Part shown: positions 1 to 11,548 of the stretch, one piece after another
Position numbering within the stretch: the stretch's first letter is position 1
Layout of the letters: every line of letters begins with the position of its first letter
Assembly: GCF_001447785.1 (NCBI RefSeq)
Contig: NW_015162483.1
Span: 979,485 to 1,043,484 of the forward strand
Length of the DNA: 64,000 nt
Direction: 5' to 3'
Source: Gekko japonicus
Lineage: Eukaryota
Translations under genes and position numbers: made by a program
Notes under the pieces: model-generated
Databases searched by the model: none
What the model saw: the letters and a program-made list of their open reading frames with translations, nothing else
Told to the model about the DNA's origin: nothing

Positions 1-273
1 CGGGCCCCGTGGGAAACTCCGCCCCCCAAGGCGTCATCACCAGAGGTGACGCAGCCACGTTGCTCACGTTGGGGGCGTGGCCCAGATCGTCGGGGGAAAA
101 ACCACATGGTTTTCCCCCCGATGATCTGGGCCACGCCCCCAACGTGAGTGATGTCGCACATCACTTCCGTCAACGTGCTGGTGGCGCGCGCGCGCTTCGC
201 GCACATCTGGAAACGGCTCCCGGAGCTGGAGAAGCCTCCCCCGCCGGTAAGTTTGCCAGACTTGGCAACTCTA
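1..273. mobile_element. CpG-rich palindromic hAT-like MITE, left end outside the window
   Basis: Near-perfect internal palindrome at 63-148 centred on accacatggt. Right terminus ttggcaactcta resembles the TAGGGTTGCCA-type TIR seen at 39536-39756. Confidence 0.6.
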
Positions 274-1185
274 AGTAGAGGATATTCTCGATTCTAAAGT
301 GAAACATGGCCGTCTGTATTATCTCATCAAATGGAAGGACTTTGATCCCAGTCATAATGAATGGGTGCAGGAGAAGTATGTAAACACTCCCAAACTAGTG
401 TGTGCGTTTCATAAACAGCACCCCCACAAACCAGGAGGGTGAGGCCTTTGGGGGGGGGGCAGAATGTCAGCCTCACTGACTTGATTGCCATGTATTTGAG
501 GAAATTCCAGGGGAGAGGGGAGTGTGAATGCGTGAGATTGAGAATGGCAATACATCTCATGTTACTTCCTAAAGATACCTTCCTTTCCCAGGGATGCTGG
601 CCAGATGGTCTTGGTCTGTCTCTATATCTCCCTGCTTGCTGCCTTAGCTGAGATAACAAATGAATGATTTACAGATGTGGAGGGGGGATTTAGAGGCACA
701 CTAGTTCAGTGAATGAATAGTCAGTATGATTGGAGGGGACTATGTTTGAACCAGATATAATTGGGGGTTTTCGCGCCAGAATCTTAGTTCTGACTCAACA
801 ACATTTTTAGCTGGACCATCTTTATTCTTCAATAAACAAATTACTTTCAGTGAGTGTTGTTGAGAGTAACTTTGTCTAAGAGGCAACAATGACAACAGAT
901 GACCATTTTTCAAGAAATGTATTTAGCAAAGGTCAACTCTCTTTGGTCTACTTTACATCTGCTGACAAACACTGGGAAAGATATCCCTGTTTGCTGCTAA
1001 ATGCATCTTAAAGTTTTTATTCATTTCCCCCCAACCTATTCGTTTAGTTGCTGAGAATATTCTGGCTTTTTGGACTGAACCTATGATTCATCACAGAGCA
1101 GTGGCCAAAAGGAAAAAAGTAAGGCTGACAATGCACACCTGAAAAAAAGCCTCAAACATTTAAAGGCCAGCAAAGGTCACATGAT

Positions 1186-1542
1186 TTCTATTTATTTATT
1201 TACATTATTTACAGTCTGCCTTTCTCACTTGGATTCAAGGTGGTTTACACAGAGTAAGTCAACACAATTTATGAATGGCACATTCAGTAAACAACGCAAT
1301 TGGATTAGGGTTCTGGAACCAACCAGAAGTCTAAAAACAGAACTGAAGCAAAGCGTAAGTAATAACATAACATAATAGATGATGCAAAATTCCAAACTAG
1401 GATCCAAGTTTCAACAAACTATACACAATAGTATAGACCACAGTACCTAATATTTTTTTCTGAGTAACTGTGTGAATCATTTAGTACAGTGTAATTCTAT
1501 CACCTGCATAGAAAAGCCCTCTTGAATAATTCTGTTTTGCAT
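1186..1542 (-). mobile_element. Old L2-type LINE 3' end (continues at 3441-3545)
   Basis: (TTTA)n tail and L2-like 3' UTR. Split by an insertion flanked by the 16-bp direct repeat taattctgttttgcat (1527-1542 / 3425-3440). Confidence 0.55.
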
Positions 1543-1609
1543 AGATTCAGGTAGTTGTGTTGGTTTGAAGCAACCAACCAAGTTTAATTATGGGTAACTC
1601 CCACTAACA

Positions 1610-1670
1610 ATGTATGTATGTATGTATGTATGTATGTATGTATGTATGTATGTATGTATGTATGTATGTA
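1610..1670. repeat. (ATGT)n microsatellite at the L2 3' tail
   Basis: About 15 perfect ATGT units. Confidence 0.95.
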
Positions 1671-3355
1671 TTTCTTCACATTTATAGCCTGCCCTTCCCG
1701 GAAGTGGGCTCAGGGTTGGTAACAACATTTAATTTATACACATATATTAGCTAATGCAATAAAATTAAATGTAAAACATCAACATTAATATTAAAATAGT
1801 GGTCCCAGCAAGGAAGGAGATTTTCTGGTTGTGGGAGGTTCCTGGCAATAGCCAGTAGTTGTTAACAGAACGACAGATACCTCAGGGAGACCATATACGG
1901 ACATACACCGCCTCAGCCAAAGGCCTGGCAGAACAGCTCAGTCTTGCAGGCCCTGCAGAATTGAAGTAGATCCCGCAGGGCCCTGATCTTAATGGGAAGC
2001 ATGTTCCACCAGGCAGGGGCCAGGGTGGAAAAGCCCCTGGCCCTGGTTGAGGCAAGATGGACATCTTTCAGGCCAGGGACTAGCAGGAGGTGTTGATCCA
2101 TAGAGGGTAGTGCTCTTCGGGGCATATATGGGAAGAGGCGGTCCCTCAGATATGTTGGTCCCAGGCTGTGTAAGGCTTTAAAGGTTATTACCAATACCTT
2201 GAAATGGATCCGAAACTCTACTGGTAACCAATGCAATTGGCAGAGTACCTGCCAAACATGAGCTCCCGCAAAGGTGATGCCGTTAGCAGGTGCACCACTG
2301 CATTTTGCACCAGCTGTAATTTCCGGGTCAGCCTCAAGGGTAAGCCTGCATAGAGCAAATTACAGTAGTCAAGCCTGGAAGTGACCATTGCATCAGTCAC
2401 TGTAGCCAAGTCTTGGGGGGACAGATGGGGTTTCAGCAACCTAATCTGCTGAAGATGGAAAAAGGGAGATCAGGCAGCTGCAGTAACCTGGGCCTCCATA
2501 GAGAGAGAGGCATCCAGTGTCACTCCCAGGCTCCTCACCTTCTGGGCCGGCACCAGAGGTGCCCCTTCAAGTGTGGGGAGTCTGATACCCATATCCCCTC
2601 CCTTCCAACATAGGTACAGGACCTCCATCTTCGATGGATTTAGCTTCAACTGACTCTGCCGCAACCATCCAGCCATAGCCTCCAAAGCCTCGGTCAAATG
2701 ATCATGGGTGGACATCCAGCCACAGCCTCCAAAGCCTCGTCAAATGATCATGGGTAAAGAACAGATGGCCTTCCAAAAACAGATAGAGCTGGGTGTCATC
2801 TGCATATTGATGGCAACCCAGCCCATACGTCCAGACCAACTGGGCGAGGGGGCGCATATAGATGTTAAATAGCATTGGCGAGAAGATTGCCCCCTGCGGC
2901 ACTCTACATTCCAGTGGGTATTGTGGGGAGGTCTTCTCATCCATCGCCACCCTCTGTCTCTGACCATGGAGAAAGGAGGAAAACCATTGCAAGGCAGTCC
3001 CCTGAACTCCTGCATTGGTGAGGCAGTGGGTCAATAGATCGTAATCAACCGTGTTAAGCACTGCTATCACATCAAATAATAACAGCAGTGCCGCCCCACC
3101 CCGATCCAGATGTCTACAGAGGTCATCCGTAAGGGAGACCAGAGCCATCACAGGTCATCCGTAAGGGAGACCAGAGCCATTGCTGTCCCATGGCCAGGGT
3201 GGAAGCCAGACTGGAAAGCATCGAGGATGGAAGTGTCGTCCAGGAAAGCTTGGAGTTGTTTGACCACCACTCTTTCAACCACCTTTCCCAGGAACAGTAG
3301 GTTTGACACCGGGCGGTAGTTGGCCAGGACCACAGGGTCCAATATTGGTTTTTTT
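1671..3355 (-). mobile_element. 5'-truncated L2-clade (CR1/L2 group) LINE, degraded RT
   Basis: Frameshifted ORF pieces: NYRPVSNLLFLGKVVERVV, QSGFHPGHGT, VPQGAIFSPMLFNIYM, YADDTQLY, LKLNPSK, SRLDYCN, LQLVQNA, HWLPVEFRIHFK. Small internal duplications near 2692-2753 and 3120-3180. Confidence 0.93.
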
Positions 3356-3931
3356 AAGCTTATACAAAAGCTTATACTAAGAATTAAACTCTGTTGGTTT
3401 CAAAGGAGCCACTGGACTCAAACCTAATTCTGTTTTGCATCGTTTGCAGAAAGCCAGGAGAGTAGGAGCCTTCCTGACCACTTCCGGCAGGCCATTTCAC
3501 ATGGTGGGGGCCACAACAGAGAAGGCAGTTGTTGATTTTATATTATAAGACCTGACTCTTATAAAACCATCCAGGTCAGGCTTGTTAGTTTAAATGATAA
3601 AGGGACACACATTGCTGCTGGGTCATGAGAGAACCTTACTTTCATTCACATCGCTGTGCTCGAACTCACCTAGACTTTCTCCCTAGACTCTGCTCACTGA
3701 CTTAGCAGCAGACAAATCTGAGATCCTGCATGAAAGAAGATTGTATTTAATTTCCTTACAGAGTAAGAGCTCATTCTATGGAAGTTGCATTTGTTTCCAA
3801 ATGAATGAGGGGGAACCCTATAATGCATTTTATTTATTTGTGAACTAAAGCATAGGGGGAAAACATTCACTTGTTGCCATGCCCTGGAACATCTGTCTGC
3901 ATCCTTTTCCTCAATTTTTCCCCTCACCCGC

Positions 3932-4136
3932 CAATGCTCCCTCTAAGCTGTGGAGTCATGTGAGCAAAAATCTACTTTGTGAGCTACTGGCATTAAAATT
4001 GTGAGTGAGTGATTTGTCTACTGCATAAATTAGTTTGCTCTGGAGCCATCCTTCCTGAGCTAAGACAAAAATGTGTGAGCTGGGGGCCAATAAACTGTGA
4101 GCTAACTCACATTAACTCAGTTTAGAGGGAATACTG
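3932..4136 (-). mobile_element. hAT-type MITE (same family as 6091-6296)
   Basis: TIRs caatgctccctcta / tagagggaatactg; reverse-complement homology to 6091-6296. Confidence 0.8.
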
Positions 4137-6090
4137 CCGCCCATCCACGCTTACCATGCATGCTGTGGGATGGAGCTGATGCTTTTGCTGTTGGTAGTTA
4201 TGCAGGTAAGGGATTGGCCAGCCAGCCAATCAATAGGACAGTGGAAGAATATCTGTCTCCCTCACCTCCCAGATGCATGTCTTCTTGCACAGCTACAATA
4301 GAAGGGAGAAGCTTTCTAGCCAAACCTTCTTCCTTGACATGCTAAATTTATATGTGCAGGGATTGTCAATTGAGTGAGGGAAAGGATTTCAAAGAAGTTA
4401 ACTCTCCTGAAAAACAAATCCCTCCTGAATGTCAGCACCCATCTCAATCAACCCCTACCCCACCCAGTCCTGAGTACTGTAAGTGACTCTGGGTACACAC
4501 ACACATACACACACACACGTGCGCAATATCCCAAGCAACACTCATTATGCAAGGACATTTGAAAGTCTCTATGCACCGGTGATCATCTCTCAAGTCATAA
4601 AACATTCATGTGTCATTTATAATAGACAATGAATATTTCAACTAATCCAAACAATGGCAACTGGTTGAAAAGTGAGCCATTTCCAGCTAAGCAATCTCAT
4701 TCTGTTTTCTTTCAAGCGCTCTGAATTAAATATGTGCAAACCTAGGAGAGTCTCATCCTATTTTATTTCAGCATGTATGACATGATTTCCTTCAGCTCCA
4801 CCAATCATAATTATGTTCAGCTTGGAAGCTAAAAAACATATCACTCCATGGTCTGCTTCACAGAAAACAAATTCCCTGATTTTCTGTTAGACAGCAATTG
4901 TGAAACCTCAACATTTTCATTTTCCAACATGAAAGACTATCAGTGATGGACATATTGAGTAGTACTATGATCTAAAGCGTAATATGTATTTGGGTTTCTT
5001 GGGATAAAATGTATGCGTGAGAACTTTCCATTGCATCTGATGAGCTCTCTCCTGCAGAGCGCTCCCTACATGGATACCAGAGGACAGAATCTTTATTTAA
5101 AGCTCTTGCCTTATCCAACTTTTTGAAACAGTTTACAACAAAGCAATAATGATGTACCCATGTACCCTGTGTACCCATGTACCCCGCCCTGATCCTGCTC
5201 TGCGGGGAGGGCGGGGTACAAATCTGACAATCAATCAATCAATCAATAAAAGAAATATCAATAAAATCCAAGGATAAAACACTTGATTTGGAGCAAAGGC
5301 TTCATTGAATAAAAACATAATTGCATCATTTCATGTTAAATTTAATTCACATGCACTGTTAATTTGGATAGCTGTATATAAACAGATATGTAAGAATGTC
5401 TCCTTTGCCATTTATGTTGCCTGCAAACATGACCCTGATTCTTTGTTGGCAGGATTGTAAAGTATATTTCAGTGTATTCATACTAAAGCAGAGATGAGTG
5501 TACTTTTCATGACACAATAAATTTTGGGGCACTGCAAGGAAAGAGGGCAATTTTCCATCTAGTTTGAGAAAGAATTCACTATTTTCTAAAGACTGATTGG
5601 CTTGCACTCAGCACTTTTGTCATGTAACCTACAGGATAGGTGACATATCACCATGATGTCATCCTATTCTGTTCCTAGTGAGATGAAGACCCAGTAATAA
5701 TAAGGGGGAAAGATGGCACTGAAGTAGCACAGGACTGGCACTATACAAGCACAAAACAGTTGAACATTCTAATTGTTGAAAGGACTGAAAAGATATTTTG
5801 CCCATCAAGAGCACTACTTTAGGGGTGGTCATGGACTAGCCTTGCTGGTTGAAAAGCTGGTTGGCGCAGTGGCCTAGAGTGCCTTCTATTAGATGCATCT
5901 GGTTCTGTCTTTTATCAGGCTGTGGTCACACGGGCAGTTTGCTGTGGCAGTATATCAGCTCTAAATAAGCAGCTTGAGTTTGGGATGAAGGAATACCCAG
6001 CGTCTCTATTCAGAGGAAGGCAATGGCAAACCACCTCTGTTCACCTCTTGCATTGCAGACGCTGTGGGGTTGCTGTGAATGGGCTGGGAC

Positions 6091-6296
6091 CAGTGTTCCC
6101 TCTAGGCTGAGTTAGCGTGAGCTAGCTCACAGTTTTTCAGCCTCCGGCTCACCCATTTTTGACTTAGCTCAGGAAGGAGGGCTCCAGAGCAAACTGATTG
6201 ATGCAGTAGCCAAATCACTTGCTCATAACTTTAATGCCAGTAGCTCACAAAGTAGAATTTTTGCTCACAAGATTCCACAGCTTAGAGGGAGCATTG
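6091..6296 (+). mobile_element. hAT-type MITE with 8-bp TSD
   Basis: TIRs cagtgttccctcta / tagagggagcattg; TSD gctgggac at 6083-6090 and 6297-6304. Confidence 0.9.
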
Positions 6297-6891
6297 GCTG
6301 GGACTTGACGTCACTTTACACACACACACACACACAATACAGGATGGGGAAACCTCTAGATCACGTAGATCAGAGAGTTCTCAAGCGACAGTCGTCGTCA
6401 ATCTCCCTGACTCAGGAGAATACCGAGTTTTTTAAAAGCTTGCATAAATACAGGGCTGCCTTGGATATCGTACATTTTGGGTCCGGCACAGATGTAATCG
6501 TGATGTAATATTGATCAAGAGGAGAACATGCTAGTTATTCAAAAGGAATTATTAGGGGGGATCTGCTGCAGGAGGAGTGGGGAGGAGCGCAGATCTCGGA
6601 AGTTTGCTCTTGATTTGCTATCTGTAGTTTGCAGGGAAGCAGGAGGACTATTTCTGAAATGGGTTTTTAGCCTGATTGCCTGCCTGCCTGTCTATCTGTC
6701 ATCTATCATCTATCTATCTATTTATGTAGTTTTTGGTGTCATGGTTAACAGTGTGGACTCTAATCTGGGAGGAGCGGGTTTGATTCCCCACTCCTCCACA
6801 TGCAGCTGCTGGTGTGACCTTGGGTCAGTCATAAGTTCTTTCAGAGCCGTTCTCTCAAGAGCAGTTCTTGAAATCTCCCCTGCCTCACAGA

Positions 6892-7893
6892 GGGTGTGGT
6901 CAGACAGTGTGCTGGGAGCGGTTTTGTAATGTATCCAGTCCAGACCGCGTGGCCTGTTTGGGCTCCACGCGGTCAGGCACAAACGTCGAGCTTTGCTCCA
7001 AGAGACAATGGACTATGCGCATCCTAGCCCTCTCCAATCAGGGGGCTAGGTTCCTGGCTGAGAGCCTATGGGACTCTCGGCCACTGTAAATAACCTATTG
7101 AGAAGTGGGGGGTGTTTTGGGTGGCGGTTTCTCGGGGAATATAAGATGGCTTGCGAGCCGGCCAAAGTTGTCTTATTCCTGATCGAATAAAGTACGCTTG
7201 GCTGAAATCACTCTTCGTCTGCGTACTTTTCAGGTTTAAATTGCTCCGGCCCTGTTGTGGTCTTTTTTAACCTGGAGAATCGTGATCACACTCACCTCCT
7301 TGCTCCAGATCGCTGCGCTGTTGTTTCTCTCTCTCATTTTGGGCATGCACACAGGCAGCCATCTGTGGAGCTAAAAGTTTCACACCTGCACAGAACAGCG
7401 ATTTCCAGTTCAACCCGACTGCTGTAACACTTCCCTTTAAACTTTAAAGGAACACTTCCCTTTAAAAGTTTACCCCGAAAATGGCCTCCGTGAGATCCCA
7501 AACTCGTATAAATGCTAAAGCTAGGCACCGTTTAAACATTATTTTTAATAACGCTGTGGCGGAGCTCCGCCTATGTGCACACCAACAACACTTTAAAAAA
7601 ATGGCGGGCAAAAAGCGGAAGCCTTGGGCAGCTTTCGAGCAGGGAGGGGGTTTAAACCGGAAGTGGCTCGACAACGGAGGAGCAATCACACAGGGGGAAA
7701 ATGTGGCTGGAAACGGAGAATAAGGAAAACACCACTTGGGGACCTGGTAACAAAATACTCTGGTTTAAAGGGGATTTGAGCTGGAAAGCGATGGCTGGGG
7801 ACGGGAGGCAGATGTTGACTGTGTGATTGCACGTATAGAATCCGTTTCTGAACTGGCATGACACCAAATCAAATGGCGCATCTGAACGCACCC
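6892..7893. mobile_element. PIF/Harbinger-like MITE (contains a solo LTR)
   Basis: Imperfect TIRs gggtgtggtcagac / tctgaacgcaccc; CpG-rich interior. Confidence 0.55.
6925..7232 (+). mobile_element. Solo LTR (308 bp)
   Basis: TG...CA termini (tgtaatgta / tacttttca); 5-bp TSD ggttt (6920-6924, 7233-7237); CCAAT 7034, TATAAG 7140, AATAAA 7186. Confidence 0.85.
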
Positions 7894-7972
7894 TGTGACT
7901 TCTTAGGGTAGAGAAAAGTGGGGTATAAAAAACAACCCTTGTTCATTTATTGACTACTAACCTGATACCCGT

Positions 7973-8153
7973 CAGGGCTCTTTTTGTAGCAGGTACTCAT
8001 TTGTATATTAAGCGACACACCCCTAATGTAGTCAATCCTCCAAGAGTTTACAGTAGCCCCAGTAAGAAGAGCTCTGTAAGCTCCTGGACGATTGGCTACA
8101 TTAGGGGGTGTGGCCTAATATGCAAAGGAGTTCCTGCTACAAAAAGAGCCCTT
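7973..8153. mobile_element. hAT-like MITE
   Basis: TIRs cagggctctttttgtagcagg / cctgctacaaaaagagccctt. Confidence 0.8.
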
Positions 8154-8161
8154 GTCTGCTA

Positions 8162-9603
8162 CTAACCTGATACCCATGCTTCGCTATGGTACTTAAGTTA
8201 AACTGATGATGTGAAGTTTGAAATATAACATTTGTTGTAGGAATTCTAATGGAGAAGATTGTAATGTAAAAAATGAAGTGAGATACACATACTCTTTTTC
8301 TCTCTACTGAAGGACCTCTCTGTAGACCACACTGTTTTGCTCATATGGAGATGTGTTGTTCTGAGCACCTCAGGGTGATCTTGCTGGTACTTGGCCAGCA
8401 CAGCTCAGTGCACCTCAGGAGTACTATGTGCAAATGTCTTTGCCACATTCCTAAGTTACCTCCTCCCTGTAGCATTGTTGTATCTGGCTCAACGTTTGCC
8501 AGGTGCTTTCTTGGGGGCAGTGAGAAGGTGTGAGGGGTAGTTGGTCTGAGGGAGTGGTGATGTGGTGGACATTTCTTCAAGTTCATGAGGGAGGCACACA
8601 TCAAAATGGCTCCTAGATAGGTCCTTTATTATTTCCCCATGAACATTCGTAAACTCAATTGCCATACTGGCTGTTATGAGAAATGTCTATTCAGGAGTCT
8701 TGAACTGCTGATTTGTATAACTGTCCTCAACTGTGTGCAGTCTCTTTTAACTGTGTTTTTACCTCAGAACATTGAGACCCACAGCTGAACAATCAGAGGG
8801 AGGTGGGTGCAAGCAGGCAGGTTTTACCTCAGAACTCTGAGCTACACAGTTGACCAATCCGGGGACGGGGGGACGGGGACAGGCAGCAGCCTGCCAGGCA
8901 TGTGGAAAACAATTGGGGGAACACATTTTGCCTCTTTTTTGCCCCCTTAGGGGACATGTTTCTCAGAAATCTCTTCGTAGTGGGGGTTGACATCCTGGTA
9001 GGAATGTACTCCCCATATTTTGGGTTTCTTGGTGCAGGGGTTTGGCCTGGGCATTGAATTTTAGTGAGGACAGGGAGGTTCTGTCTTGGCTGGCACCCTT
9101 CCCGTTTCCTGTTGTTTACATCTATTTTGCCCTCCTACCCCCGTCCATGAAGTAGCTGGCAGTGGAAGTTGGAATGAGGATTGGTTATTCGCCATCTGAT
9201 TGCCTTTAATGTTGTACTAATGTTTTTAATTAATTTTTTCTCTGGTTGTACATAGCCCAGAGCTGTGCAGTAGCAGGGATGAGGTGATTCATAAATATAA
9301 CAAAGGTGGGGGTGCAGGGCATACCCTTTTTTCTTTACAAAAATGCTTCCCATTTATGTTACATTTAAGAAGTGGAACCCAACTATGTATTCAAAACAAC
9401 ATCCAAGCAATCAGATATTAAGCAAGTTCATATGAACCAATTTACTAGGACCCATATTGTGAGAAGTTAAATAACCTAATACAGGAAACCACTTTTCTAC
9501 AAATTTGGTAGTAGTGCTCTCCCCAAATTCCATGTTTCTAGGTCCAGGGGTTTGGCCTGGGTGTTGATTTTATGGTGAGGGGACTTTATTTTATATATAC
9601 AGA
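8162..9603 (-). mobile_element. Non-autonomous Helitron (family A)
   Basis: Minus-strand 5' a|TCTGTATATATAAAAT and 3' agcgaagcatgggtatcaggTTAG|t, with no TSD. Homologous to 26727-27395 and 33150-34040. Confidence 0.85.
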
Positions 9604-10903
9604 TGGGTGCATGGTGTTTGCACTTTTGTGACTCTAGAGCAACCAGTGGTAGCTCAAAATATGTTGCCACGTGAGGAGGAAGGAGTCATGACCCACACAC
9701 ACACCCTGCCTCATTGTTGCTACACCACCCTCCCGCCTCAGCTCACCTTGTTTGACTTCCACCCAGTACTCTTTAAACACAGAGCAGCAAGCCACACATG
9801 CTATACAGGGTTTTCCAAACTCTAATGAGATTTATTCAACTCAGGAGAACACAGCCAGCATTTTGGTTGCCCTGACAACAGACCACCAAAAATAATGGTT
9901 GAATTCTCATGAGAAGAAGGAATCTCATGAGAACTGTGGGGACTGCCATGTGTGGCTTGGGACACTGTAAAGAGGCCTCAGGGAACAAGGAAATAAGAAG
10001 GATTGTTTCCTCTAGCTCCCTGGGGGATGGCAGGAGGTTATTGCCTCCCAAAATCTGCTGCCTGAAGCAATTGCTTTAAGTAGTCTAATTAGAGAGCCAG
10101 TGCTGAGAACAACCAAAATCCACATGCTCCATACAAAAACAGATCACTGTTCCTTCATAGGCTACAACATACATCTTGTGCCCAAGATCAGGATCATGGC
10201 TGAGCAGGCTGAGACTGTGACTCCACAGTCTTTATCCAAATTCTAACCAGTATTCCCCAAATGTTATTTCTAGGCACTGTTTTCCAAGTAAAAAAAACCA
10301 GTTTCATACATGCATGCCACACTAACACAAACTTGTATATTTAGCTATGTCGGCTAGTGATCGTATAGCATTTCAGAAATGGAAGGAGCCAGAGCTGTAC
10401 CAGTTCAGAATTCCTGAATCCATCAAGAGCTGAGTCCAAACCCTTCTGAAATTCTGAAAGTAGAATCACCTCTCTGCAGCTGGAGCTGGAGCTAGAACCA
10501 CCATTCCCTCTTCCTACTATTGAAATTTTCCTGACAGTGATGTTGGTGAGTGCTGTTCTTGGGCCTCCATTATGGCTAAGAATTCTGATACAGAACCTTC
10601 TGAGAAATATAGTTTCCAAGAGTTTTTGAGCTCTTGCTAACGTATCTTGGAAAACTACATGTCTGAAGGGTTATGGCATCAGGGCACTGTTGAGCTAGTG
10701 CTCTGGGGCATAATGGAGGTTCTGATTCCAGATCTCCATGGAATGAACCTCTACTATTGCTGCTGCCATGCCAGGAAGGCTGGAGGGGAAAAGAAGGGGA
10801 TGAGCTGGGTGTTAGGAAGAGGGTAAGGCAGAGTCACCTGAATTTGGAACACAGCATTTTTCAAACTGTAAAACGATTTCAGAAATAATGGACTATAATC
10901 CAT

Positions 10904-11548
10904 TATTATAATCGCTGGACCCTCGACGCGTCCCAGAGGGCGAGGGTCCCTGGGAGAGAGGTTCCGGGAACACGGAGGGGCGCGGCAATCGGCGGCTGGA
11001 CCAGGGAGTAGGCAGGCAGACAGGAGTCATTGGAGGGATCTCCCCACCCCCTTCTCAGAAACTGAGGATGGGGACGGGCCCGTGTGAGAGGAGATGGGAG
11101 GAGACGGGGCTTACCAGGAGGAGAGGCTGCAGAGACCCTGCCGACGGCGGCGACAGGTTCCCCAGGCTTCCTGGAAACGGCCACTCCCCTGGGCTTGCCA
11201 ACTCAGGGCGAGATCACACAGGACGTGCAGGAGGGCGGGACTGAGTGGATGACACCCAATAGGGCCGATAGGACAGGTGAGGGACAGGGGAAGAGCCCAA
11301 TCAGGGACTGGGAAAGGAAAGGGGAGGGATTACCTCAAGACTAGAGGGGGATAAAAGGAGAGAAGCCAAGAGAACCGTGGAGGATTTCGGAGGCGACTGG
11401 CTCTATCGGTGAGAGAGAACCAGATGCGGCTGTCGACCCCGAGGAGTGGATGTCGGAGAGTGATGTAACTCCCCCACCCCTCCATATCTGAGGTTCTTGC
11501 TTCTCTCCATGGCCCCTCCAAAGCTAGGGGACACCCCCAGGCGTGACA
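10904..11548 (+). mobile_element. GC-rich solo LTR-like element
   Basis: CpG-rich island in AT-rich intron; two CCAAT boxes; gataaaag TATA-like motif; right end gcgtgaCA; possible 4-bp TSD catt (10901-10904 / 11549-11552); left TG not intact. Confidence 0.55.

Larger units (their letters stand above)
6728..7937 (+). mobile_element. tRNA-derived Squam3-like SINE interrupted by a MITE and a solo LTR
   Basis: A-box (tggtgtcatggtt) and B-box-like (gggtttgattccc) head at 6728-6891. L2-like tail agaaaagtggggtataaaaa at about 7910-7937. Confidence 0.7.

Noticed and set aside
520-897. Possible solo LTR (TATA-like near 755, AATAAA near 831, ends in CA)
   Set aside because: No matching TG start with a TSD could be identified
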